NCBI GenBank assembly: GCA_013239625.1
Contig: MU053487.1
Coordinates: 2,625,058-2,689,057 of the forward strand
Direction: 5' to 3'
Source of the DNA: Lama guanicoe
Lineage: Eukaryota
DNA: 64,000 bases
Under the pieces are notes generated by a model. The model was not told where the DNA came from and made no database searches. It saw nothing but the letters and a program-made list of their open reading frames with translations. A program made the position numbers and the translations under genes. Of the stretch, positions 1 through 11,220 are shown piece by piece; the first letter of the stretch is position 1, and every line of letters begins with the position of its first letter.

Positions 1-438
1 GACTCATGATTGTTTCCTTATTTGATGGAAAATTAGGATTACTGTTGATTGAGAAGGTTAAAGCAGGAGTCACATTTGCCTTAAGATTGCTGTCATTCAT
101 AAAATGAGCAATAAGAATCACTATCTTTGAGCAAGCCTTTCAAAGAAATTACAATGTATTTCATATCCCAGTGAGCTGTGGCTGATTAGAGCAAAACGCT
201 GCTAAGAATAGTGACTTCCCTTTTTCTATAAAAGTGTCCAATAGAAAGACACATAAATGCATAGAAAACAAAGGCTCTTTAGGAGTTTATTAAATAATCA
301 TTTAAAAACTATTCAGTCACTTAGCTTTAAATGTGTATTCCAGATGGACTGTTTCTGTAATTTGTTGTAACTGTGCAGCTACAGTTTTCCCCTCTATTCA
401 AATCAACAGCAGTGAATTTTTTTTATTTTACGTTTTAG

Positions 439-693
439 GTTTTGGGGGCTGCAAAGCTGGTAGAAAAGTAAACTGAACAATCCCCGATGCATTACAGAGC
501 TCTATCCCCTGTATTTGGGATGCTTGAGAGAGAGTGTGGATTGTAGTTTGTGCTGACAGTGTGCAGCCCACATCAGTGTTTGCATTATTTAGCAGGTATT
601 AGAGGAGGAATCCATTCTAAAAACTTTGCTTTATGACCCTAATGATTTCATATTTGCTTTGTGGCATTGATCAGAAACTTTCCATGACTGCTG
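439..693 (+). other. Candidate extra GOLGA4 cassette exon (VLGAAKLVEK*, stop-containing)
   Basis: T-rich tract plus TTTTAG|G acceptor at 438/439 and CTG|GTAAGG donor at 693/694. Phase-0 reading stops at 469-471. Support is motif-level only. Confidence 0.35.
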
Positions 694-3654
694 GTAAGGT
701 ATTTTTCAGTTTATTCCTTTGTTGCTCTATCTCCCCTCCCCTCAGGGAGTTTTATACTCTTTATTTGAAAAAAAAAAACCCATTACAGAATACAACAGTT
801 ATTATTTAATAAGTGGTTTCAGAGTTTGAACTAATTTTAAGAATATATTTTGTAGATAAGAAACAGTTGCTAAGTAAGATAAAATTATAGGGCATAATGA
901 AAGTCTGGTTTATTGGAGGGTCACGATGTGTAGAGAAGTGCTTCATTTGACAAGTCTCAGAGCCTCTGTTTCTTCACAGAACTAACATTATCTTGTTAGG
1001 ACTGCTGTAGAATCCAAGTACATACAGTGCCTGCACCGGGCTTTGTGCTGATGACTACCACGTAGAAATATGTCTTCCCTAGAAAATGAGACTTGGAAAG
1101 GTAAACTAATAATGTGTGTAAGATAAATCATGGAGACCTCAGTGTAGCACTCAAGTCATTTTGTAGGAATGATGCCAGCTCACAAAATATCCCATCTCTA
1201 GTTTCAGCACCTCAGAGTGCCAGCCACGTGTCGCTTGGCTGTGGTGAGAGCTCTTAACAGCTCAGCCCCTGGGTAACTTTGAGCAAACCCTTTTCATGTT
1301 TCTGGCCGTTACTGGTAAAACAAGTGTGTTGGATTATTCTATCCCTAAGGTTTCTTTTCCTCTAAAGTATTAAGTTGGTTGTAAATTGTAAAGTTTTAGA
1401 TTTGTTTCAAGTGGGAAAAAACTTGTCTCACGTAACTGGGCAGGAGCTAAAGAATGTGCACATTTAATATGCATATACCTCTGTCTTCCCTAGAGCAGCC
1501 CTTTTCCTCCTTTCAGTTTTTAGCTTATTGTGTCTGATACTTTGTTTTGTGATGGTCTAGGTAGTTTAGATGGCTAGTAGATGGGATATTTGAGGAGCAG
1601 GGTGGAAGCGAGAGTGAATACAGAAGTCATTGGCTTGTTTTTTGCTAAGCCAGACTGCCCTAGAAGTACACCATCAGACCTTTTTTTTTTTTTAAAGGAG
1701 AGTATTATTTATTTAGAATAATTTCAGTAAGAAAGTTTATCTTAATTGGGTGCTAAATCATCTCTTGGAATTGACAGGTTCTTTTGTTATACAGAAGTCT
1801 TATTTTTAAAAAAGTATTTCTAGGAATACACTTTTCCCTTTAGCGTGCTAGCAAACTTAATGACACGTTCAACCTAAATGACTATTTTCTTGATGACTCC
1901 ATTAAAAGAAATTTTTCTTTTCTGATGAAAAAGATTTGGCTCGTTTTCATTCCCCATTCACTCTAGTCATTTTTAAAGATTGATCTTCTGTTGGCGTTTT
2001 TGCTTTGCTTTTATGCTGATCCTTTTTGTTGTGTCAAGTTATTGATCCGTCCTTATTCTGGACCAGTCTCGTACTTAAGTTAATGTTTCTCACTTCTCTC
2101 CCTTTGGTTGGAGTCTTTTAAATCTCCTCCAAATTAATAAAATCATCAGAACTTTTCAGCATTGTTACGTACAAAGTTCTCTATTCCAGCGGAGGTTGGC
2201 CTTTCCCTTTTTGCATGGGCTCAGTAGGTGTGGGCAAGGTGGATTCAAGAAACAAATGCAAATAAAACTGATGCATGATGAAAAATACTGCACACATAAA
2301 ATACGTGTTAGTTACCTTGAAAGTGGTTTTGCCTCTTGATTTTGTAAGAAGTACGTAATATGTGATCATTGCGAAAAAACATCGCAAACAGTTTAGAAAC
2401 GTGTTACATGGAAAGGGAGACCTTCATGATGTTCAGCCTCCCAGCTGTTTCCACCATGCCGAGATCACATCTGCTGATAGTGTGGTGAAGGTTCCCAGGT
2501 GTTCTAAGCTTATAATTATATATTAATAATTATTCTTTTATCACTTTAAGTACTTTGTTTTATGAAAATGAGAGTATGCAACAACTTGCGTTTTTCACTT
2601 AATATATTTTTATATTGTTCCACCTCATTACAAATTGATTTACCTTATTTTGAATGGTTGATTATATGATCATATGAATGTCCTACAATTTAGTTTATCA
2701 GTTTCCCATGCATGGAAACTTAGATTATTTCAGTTTTTCAATCCTTAACAAACATAGACACAGGAACATACATATATTTTGCATACTTCTGCAAGTTTTC
2801 CAATAGGATATTAGCCATATTGTGTGTGTGTATTGCAAATACTATTTTCTAATTTGTCTTTTGATTTTGCTGTTGCTTACTAACTGCATGTTAAACTAAA
2901 AGATTAATAAAATGATGCTTCTGAGGTTGGTCACACTATCTAAGAATGGACTCAGATGTTATAAACAACCCCTGTTTTTGCTGATGCTGTTTTAAAGCAA
3001 ACCAGGAAGCTAATTTAGTCTTGGATTGTGACCATGTTAAGTAGGGTATAGAATTTATTTAAGAAGGTTGCTACAGTAAGAACTGTGTTTACAGAGATTG
3101 GGTCCCTTTGAATAGAAACTTTGGTTTGGGTCATCATTCCTGAAACCATTGCTGATGTACTGCTGGGTTACAGGAAAGTTATTTACGGATTAAATTGACA
3201 TATTTTAGGAATGATAATTCAACATAAAGACATACTGTATTCACATTGAGCAACATTTCTCCCAGAACTTTTGATGGTAAATCAAGATTATATAAATCAA
3301 ATTTTAAAGTGTATTTTAATGGAATTATGAAAGAAGTCCTTTTATAAACCAAATAACCACAACCTAATTAATACTAGCATATAAATATGTACTTACAATG
3401 TGAAGTCCATCTGTAATTGTGTTGTTTAAGTTTTTGAATTTAAGTTCTAAGTAAAATCTCTGCCACGTAGTGTTTTATTTCCTCAGGATGGGAGGGAGCT
3501 GTTAGTTTCCTTAGCCTATACTTTCGTGATTTGGGGAGATGTAAGAAAAATTTAAGTACATTCTGTTTAAGTCTTTGAAGTTCTATACACATATAATCTC
3601 TGTGTTAAGTCTTAAAACTAACCCAATAAGCTTTTTTTCTTCCTGGCTTTGTAG

Positions 3655-3684
3655 TATACTTCACCTCGCAGTGGTATCTTCTGA
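3655..3684 (+). CDS. GOLGA4: GOLGA4 (golgin-245) alternative penultimate exon, coding part YTSPRSGIF*; whole exon 3655-3717 (63 nt)
   Basis: Polypyrimidine tract plus TAG acceptor ending 3654. Phase-0 reading TAT ACT TCA CCT CGC AGT GGT ATC TTC TGA matches the recalled human C-terminus FTSPRSGIF. Donor GTG|GTGAGT at 3717/3718. Confidence 0.93.
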   Translation, partial: YTSPRSGIF

Positions 3685-4844
3685 GTAAACCATCAGTCTG
3701 TGCTTAGTTAGCATGTGGTGAGTGAAGAATAATGTCTTGTGTCTTTTGTGCAAAAATCAAATGTATTGCATGATACTAACCATTTTGCTGGAATTCTTTT
3801 GCTTTTTTGTTTAATGAAAATATGATTATGCTATGGGTTAATATAGGGATTTGTATTAATTTTGCTTTATAGATTAAGAATATATAGATTAATAATCAGT
3901 ACCACCTGTAAATATTACATAATTCTAGGAACTTTTAGTTCTTTAAGTAGTAGTTGAACGTTTCAAGATTGCTCTTTGAAATTTGATTAAAGAATCCCCC
4001 CCAAAATTTTTATGTTTATCCCTTTTTGCTTTTTCTTTCTGAAGAACGGTCTTTGAAGTTAATAAAGATTGTGAGAGAGAAATGAAAAGTCATTTTCTAC
4101 GTTACAGTGATGTATTTCATGAAACCAGCATGTAAAATACTGTAAAAAGCCTGCTTAGAGTCAAGGCTAGTCTGAAATAATGAACGCTAGCAAAGTTGAC
4201 TTTAAATAAATGCACTTTTATTACTTCCTAGCATCATACAATAACACATTTGTCCCGAGGAGATCCTTAGGCAGCCTGCTTTAATTGAGAGTGGCCGTTT
4301 CTACTTGACATATTATGACAATGAAATGGAGACATCCGAAGTGTTTGAACACATTTAAACACCCCTCCCATCACCTCACATATTATCCATGCTATAAGCA
4401 TGACTCAGCACCCCCTAAAAATTTAGGGTGCATCTTTACCTCAAACTTTGCTAGAATTTTCACAAATAACAAGTAAGCTGGATCAGTCAGTAAGGCTTAA
4501 TTATAATTAAAATAAAGATTCTATGGTTATTAATTCAGCTAATAGTCAACTAACAGTATCAAGGTTAAAAATGGTAATATATGCATTTTTTTAACCTTTT
4601 AAAAATATCCTTTCTGCCTACATTTAGTGTCATTTTTATTTCTAATATATGTCAGTTAACTTGCCTTAGTGATTATCTGAAACTATCATTAGTCATATAA
4701 ATCCATGTCTAACACAATAAGTCTTAACATTTATCTTTTATGTTATAAATACTACATCATGCTTGCTAATATATTATTATATTTAAATAGTGTCATTTGA
4801 AAGGTACACTATGTAGCATTTCTATTGATTGATTGTCTCCTCAA

Positions 4845-5310
4845 CTTTTAGTTTGAAGAATTTCAGACAAGATTGGTAAAAATAGTACCATGAACACCCA
4901 TATACTGTTCACCTATATTCACCAGTTATTAGCATTTTGCCAAGTTTTCTCCGTTGCTCTCACTCTTGCTTTCTCTCCATACACAGTGTTTCCTTCTATG
5001 ACACTAGACAGTTGCTTGCAAACATAAACTAAATATTTCAACAAGTATATTTAAGAACAAGGGCATTTTCCTACATATTCACAAAACAGTTAACACTCTC
5101 AGGAAATTTCATATTAACACAATACTGTTATCTAATAAATAGTGAATATTCACATTTCCCCAGCTTTCCAAATAACGTTTTTCATACTTTTTTAAAGTCC
5201 AGGATCTATTCAGAGATTGCATGTTGCATTTTGTTGTCATGTTCTTCTAGTCTCTTTTAAACTAGAAGACTTCTCCCCGCCTGTTTTTTGTCTCTTGTGA
5301 CATTGACATT
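4845..5310 (-). mobile_element. Old L1M (L1MC-like) 3' end fragment
   Basis: Resembles degenerate L1 3'UTR (catatactgttcacctatattcaccagtt...; ccaggatctattcagagattgcatgttgcattt). Confidence 0.55.
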
Positions 5311-6207
5311 GTGCAGCGTTGCTGACTCATGCATGAATTTCTTCTCCCGCAACAGCACAAGCTAAGGTTTCAAAATAATAACTGACAAAGGGATTTACAT
5401 ATCATAGAGATCTTTTTCTTCTCTAGGTTTCTAAGACTAGCATGATATTGAGCGAGTTTGTAAATAATAAACTATTGGAAGTACATCATCAGTAGTGGAT
5501 TACATTATCCATGTACAAGTTAAGATTTTAAAACTTTTTCTCTTTACTAAAATGCATATGAAAAGTTCATCTCTATTACTTAATCTTATTTGGTAGTTTA
5601 TTTTTATGCATTTTTAACCTCATACTACTAGCTTTTAGCAGCTTAAACTGAGAGACCTTATTAGGAAGGTTTGGCATCATGTCTCATCATGTCTAAAATT
5701 GTTCATTAATTTCAGATGAGGCATGACTTTTTCACACCAAAATGCTGTTGTCCTTTGCTGCCAAGCATAGCATCCTGGGAGGACTGCAATACGTAGAAAA
5801 AGCAACACTTTAGGGAAAAGGGAAGAACCTCTTCTGCCCTTGAATCCAGGCTGCATCCTTGTGAGATTCTGACATGTCAGCACGTTTACTCCTGGCTTTT
5901 TCTCATTATGACCTGTTAGCATTCAGTACCTGGTGAAAGGTTGTAGTTACAGATTTCAATTAAAAATACTGCTTTATAGGATTGCTGATTACAAGTCAGA
6001 TCTTCCCAAGAACAGTAATTTTTAGAAGAGTCCTTTAAGACTTAATATTTAGAACATTTCTGCTTTAGTCCTAAGACCAGAGAATATACTTTTGATATAA
6101 TTTTATTTTAACTTGAAAAAACAAATCTCCCAAAAAGTTACCTTCAAAAGTTTTGTTTTTGTTTTTTCCCTTTCTCTCTTTATCTTCTTTTCCTTTTTCT
6201 TTTCTAG

Positions 6208-6231
6208 TCATGGCTCCGATCTTCATCCTGA
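6208..6231 (+). CDS. GOLGA4: GOLGA4 terminal exon, coding part SWLRSSS* (used when the 63-nt exon is skipped)
   Basis: Long pyrimidine tract plus CTAG acceptor ending 6207. TCA TGG CTC CGA TCT TCA TCC TGA gives the recalled alternative human C-terminus SWLRSSS. Confidence 0.93.
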   Translation, partial: SWLRSSS

Positions 6232-6920
6232 AGGAATGGGAAGATTGGTGTGGGGCAAGCCCAGAAAACTGCACATTTGCTGTTCTTAGAGAACGAAGCT
6301 GTTATTCAGGCCCCACATGTAGCCAAAAGACCAAGAGAAACCTGACCTTGGCCCACAGAATGATTGCAGGCTGCCTTTAAAAGAGATTGTATCAGTGGTG
6401 AAATGGTGGTAGTTTTTTTTTTTTTCCTTCTTTTTCCTTCAGTTTTTTTGTTGGGAAGAGTTTTGTGTTTAAGAGATATTTTGAATAACTTAATCTGATT
6501 TATGGGCTCACTTAAGGTTCTTTTCTTCCATTCTTTTTGTCCCTGTTTTTAAAGAACTGCTTGCCTTTCCTATTTATTTTTAGGGTGTTTTTTTTTTTTC
6601 TTAAAAAGACTTGTGCAATACATTTTGAGGTGAAATGTAGTGGATTTTTTTCTGATAAATTAGAGCATTTAATTGACGGTTTTATCCAGATTGATTTGTT
6701 GAATATTTGCTAAAGACTAGTTCTTTAAGCTATGACTTAACGATAAATCCAAATGGCAGTACCTCATTGTTTACTTAGCTTTTGTACTTATATTTTTCAG
6801 AGGAAAAAATACTACTGTAAATTGTAAATAGTCAATACATAATTGTATTGTATGGAAATCTGTGACTGTTGGCAGTGTCATCTCGGAAGAACAGATAAAT
6901 AAAGTTTATTTACTATATAA
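6232..6920 (+). other. GOLGA4: GOLGA4 3'UTR
   Basis: AU-rich sequence after the stop, ending shortly after AATAAA. The exact cleavage site is inferred. Confidence 0.8.
6898..6903 (+). terminator. GOLGA4: GOLGA4 polyadenylation signal AATAAA
   Basis: AATAAA with upstream TGTA elements and a downstream GT/T-rich element (ttattgtgtttttt, about 6928-6942). Confidence 0.8.
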
Positions 6921-8369
6921 AATTTGCTTATTGTGTTTTTTCTTAGGTTGAAATCTATTCAAAAGTTAAGAATTTATGTTCTTCTGGGTGAAAACAATGA
7001 GGAGCTGTTTGTCAAGAGAGCTGAATGCTCAGCCGTTAGAAGGATTTTTTTATGTTCAAAATGAGCATGACCAAGTTAGAAGAAAGATGGAAACAGGAAA
7101 CGCTTCATGCTGTGTGTTTTAGGATTCTGCCAGTTTGGGGATGCCTCTTGTCTCGGGAGTAGATCAGACTTTGATTCTGTTGAAACTTAGACATTTCTGG
7201 ACACCAGGATATGGGAACTAAAAGAGAAAATGATACAGAATCCCCCACCGAGAGCTCACCATGATTATTACGTCAGTGCTTTTAATCATGGAGTATTTTT
7301 CTAATGTGTGAATGGATATGTGTGTGTATGTGCACACGCATGTATATTTGTTTATACTGAGGCCTATTAAAATTCCTATGAAATTATTTTTAATTGCTGC
7401 ATAATATTTTATCCTCGATATGCCCTCATTTAACCCTGTTTTCTCTACTGTTAATCATTTAGGTTGTGTGTAATTCTTCACTTCCCTTCAGTCCTCCATG
7501 ACGATCGTACTGTCCATATTTGAAAGAACAAACTGGGACCAACCTGTCTTTCCCTCAACAGCCTTTGGTTTGCCAAACACGGGCACGCTTCAGGTTACTG
7601 TGCGCCAGCTTTGTCTGGCACCTTTCCCCCAACATTCTGAGGACAGGACTCAAGGATGAACATTCGGAGTCAGTACATGCTTAGAACACTACATTTCCGA
7701 ACTGGGCTTCACCCAGATGTGCAGTGTCAGAGACGAATTGTAGTAACGATGCCTGAAGCATCCTCTCTGAGGGGTGCAGGTGGGGGTGTGGGCAAGGCAG
7801 CAGTGGCATTCCTTCCATCCCCAGGCCATTGTTTCTGCAGTAATAACAGTTTCCTTGGGCCTTAATTTGGGATCCTCTTTAGTCGGGTTTTGTTGTTCTT
7901 TCTAGGGGTGTCCATACACCAAACGTGAACGTATGACACTTAGTAAACAATACAGCCCTTTAAAATTTTACTCAGATTAAATGTGCTCAACTACAGGTAT
8001 GGATGGATGGGTATCTCTCTCATACTTTTCCAACTGCTTAGTCCCCTGCTTCAGGAAGGTTGCCCCTTGATTACCTCACACCCAGGTTAAGGCTGCTCTC
8101 CCCTTTCAAAGGGGGAATGTCTAATATGTTTCCCTGTCTGTCCCTCTTTCTCTTCTACTGCTGTAGGTTGGGGGTGGGTAGGACAGATAATTTGTCTTTT
8201 TCATTCACAGGTTTCCAGGAAAATTTAGCTCAGGATTCAGTGTGGATCGTGAGATCCTGGGCATAACGTCTGATGCTATGGATTGGGTAAGACTTTTGGG
8301 AAGTCTTTGGGATGAATGTCTTTTCCAGGCAACTAGGAAGGAAATGAGTATTTATGGCCCAGTGAGCAG

Positions 8370-8765
8370 ACTGTGGTAGACTGGGTTATTGTTTCCAGTT
8401 CTCTCCCTCCGTGTGTTTGGATTATGCATCCACATACTTCGTTATCTGACTTTGCGGTTCCCACTATTAGAGAGGGTGGAGTCCATTTCTCCACCAACAT
8501 TGAGTTTACCTGTGTAACTTTAGTCAATGAGTTTTGAGTGGACATGACCTCTGGCACATGTGAACAGCAGTTTTAAGAGCCCTTGCGTAGTTCAGCCATT
8601 GCTCTTTTATCTCTGCCATGAGGTTAAGATACGGATTCTCACTTAGCTTGGGCCCTGGGATAATGAAGATGGGCTGACTACACGTGTGACAAGAGGGAGA
8701 AATAAATAGTTATTATTAGAGGATCATTTGTTACTGTAGTATAACCTAGTGAAAACTAATACATT
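8370..8765 (+). mobile_element. MaLR (MLT1-type) LTR remnant
   Basis: Starts tgtggtagac and ends gtttgttactgtagtataacctag...actaataca, typical MLT1 termini. Confidence 0.6.
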
Positions 8766-8789
8766 GTCCAAAAAAAAAAAGTTGCACGA

Positions 8790-10180
8790 TAATATGATTA
8801 TCTTTACTTTTTACAAGTTTGACTATGGTGTGTCTTGGTGTGGATTTCTTTAGGTTTATCCTGGTTAGGGTTTGCCCAGCTTCTTGAATCCACAAGTTTA
8901 TGACTTGCCAAATTTGGGAAGTTTTCAAGCCATTATTTCTCTGAGTATTTTCTCAGCCCTTCCCTTTCCCTCCTATCCCTGGGCTCCAGTGACATGTTCA
9001 GTCCTTTGTTATAGTCCCACAAGTCCCTAAGGCTCTGTTCTGTTTTTTTTTTTCCCATCCTGTTTTCTCTCTTCTTCAGATTGAGTAATTTCTATTGTTC
9101 TATTTTCAACTTCACTGACTTTCCTAAGTTTTCTCCATTCTGCTATTGAACCCATCCATTGGGTTTTTAATTTCAGTCATTATACTTTTCACTTCTAAAA
9201 CTCCCACCCACTCCGGTCTTTATGTCTTCCATTTCTTTGCAGAGATGTTCTGTTTCTTTGCTGAGGCTCTGTTTTCTCATTTGTTTCAAGCATGTTTATA
9301 ATGGCTCATTGAAGCATATGTATGGTGGCTGCTTTAAAATCTTTGTCAGCTAAAGGATGGGATGGAAGTCCAGATTCTCTACTAGGCCTTCACTGACGCC
9401 GAAGGTGGGGAGGGTCTCCTCATCACTGCTGGGTGGGGGTGCAGAGTTACAGTGCCCCACTAGGCCTCTGCTGACACCATGGCAGGGTGACCTCTTTACC
9501 TTTGGGTAGTAGTGAAAGTCGAGTCTTCTCTAGGTCTCCTCCTCTTCTCCCACCACAGCAGGAAGGCGGAGGGGACCTGGTTGCTGCTGGTGGGGTGGAA
9601 GTCCAGGCTTCCCATCTGGCCCCACTGACACCATGGGGACGAGTGGGATGGGGTGGTCTCATTGCCACCCACCAGGGATGAGAGTCCCTGCTGCTGCTCA
9701 GCCTGCTCTGACATCACCCTGGCGTGAGTTTGGGTGCCTTCTTACCACCTGGCGGATGTCAGAGGTCGAGGCTCCCCCTGGGCATTTGCTGGCAGTGGTG
9801 GGAGGGAGAGTCACATTGTTTTTTGCTGGAGGTTTTTTTTGTTTTATTTATTTATTTTGTGTGTGTGTTTGGCTGGAGTAGAGGGGTGGTTGTCTAAAAG
9901 CTTTCTGTCTTGCCAGGCTGCCCCTTCCCTAGTCCTTTGCTGGAGCATTCAGCATCTCCAGTTTCTTCAGCTCCTAGGCTGCCATATGCAAGGCAGAGAA
10001 GAACCTCGGGAGCTCACAGCATGTCTTTCCTCAGGTCCGAGGCTCCCTAGCCAGTCTGCCTCCTCCTCTCCACCTCCACCACTGTGAAGTCTTACATTTG
10101 TTTTATCTGCAGTGTCCAGGATTTTCAGTTGTACTTAGTGGGAGGAGCAGGGAGACGTATGTCTACTCCGTCCTCCCAGA
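8790..10180 (-). mobile_element. Old L1M 5' region (ORF1 and 5'UTR remnant)
   Basis: Minus-strand translation IQEAGQTLTRINLKKSTPRHTIVKLVKSKD resembles L1 ORF1p. Confidence 0.75.
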
Positions 10181-10994
10181 AGCAGGTCTCCTATACCGTG
10201 TGATCGTACTTCTGTGTTCACGTGTGTATTCATTATGTATATTATTGATTTAAGGAATTCTACATACTGTTACAGATACACATACTTTTAATAAATGTAT
10301 GCATGTATAAACTAGAGGGATATACTGTTAGTTCACAGTAGTGATAATAACTGGTCTTCCCTGGTCACCTCCATCCAATTTCTATTTCCTCATCCTTCTT
10401 TAGTTTTTTTCATGATATCGAGTATTGCCTGCCCTCAGTAAAAACGGTTGTTTTCTTTGTACTAGAATGAAAACCAGGAGGCCAGGAACATTATCTGTCT
10501 TGTCCACTGTTATATCCTCATGACCTAGAATTTGGAGTTAAGCACTCAGTAAGCATGTGTTGAATAAATGAATGATGGATGAATGAGTAAATTAAGAAAG
10601 AAGATAAAATGTACCAGTACTTTCTCTGCAATTAAAAAAAAATGTTAAGACTGTGAAAATGTTTAAAGACCTCTTTCTCTCTTGAGAAGGCATATGGGAG
10701 TGTAGGGGAGCAAGGGGAACACCATTATGGGCAGAATCTGGACTTTTATAAGTCAATTAGTTACATATATTAATATTTTAAGGAACCAGTTACTTGTAAC
10801 ACACCCCACAGCTGATTGGAACCCAGCAGTGGAAATGAGTACAGCTGGAAAGAATCCCTTCCCTGTTTTCATTCCTACTTTCCTAGATATGTATTTCCTT
10901 TGGGATTGAGCCAGGTTGGGATTTGAAGATTAGTTTAAGCCCAGGGAGAGTCTGTCCTTTAAAAAGCTTAAGTTTCCCTGATGTCTTGGGGAAG

Positions 10995-11220
10995 CAACAT
11001 TGCATGCTCTGGGGCCAGGCTGCCAGGGTTCGAGTCCTGGCTTGGCTATTTACTCACTGGGCAAGGAATCTAACCTGTAAGTCTCAGTTTCCTCATCTAT
11101 AAAATGGGAATAATAATAGCATCTGCGTCTAAGGGTGGTTGTAGATCAAAGTCATACTTATAAAATGCTTAGGATGGTGTCTGAAACATGTAAGAGCTGA
11201 AAAAACATTGGCTGTTGCCA
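10995..11220 (+). mobile_element. MIR SINE
   Basis: Core motif gtctcagtttcctcatctataaaatgggaataataatag. Confidence 0.8.

Noticed and set aside
2039..2083. Possible GOLGA4 micro-exon LLIRPYSGPVSYLS* after a YGCY-rich tract
   Set aside because: Weak AAG acceptor and no convincing donor. Cannot be supported without RNA data.
6153..6380. 75-aa ORF over the GOLGA4 last exon
   Set aside because: It begins in the intron's pyrimidine tract and is out of frame with SWLRSSS*.
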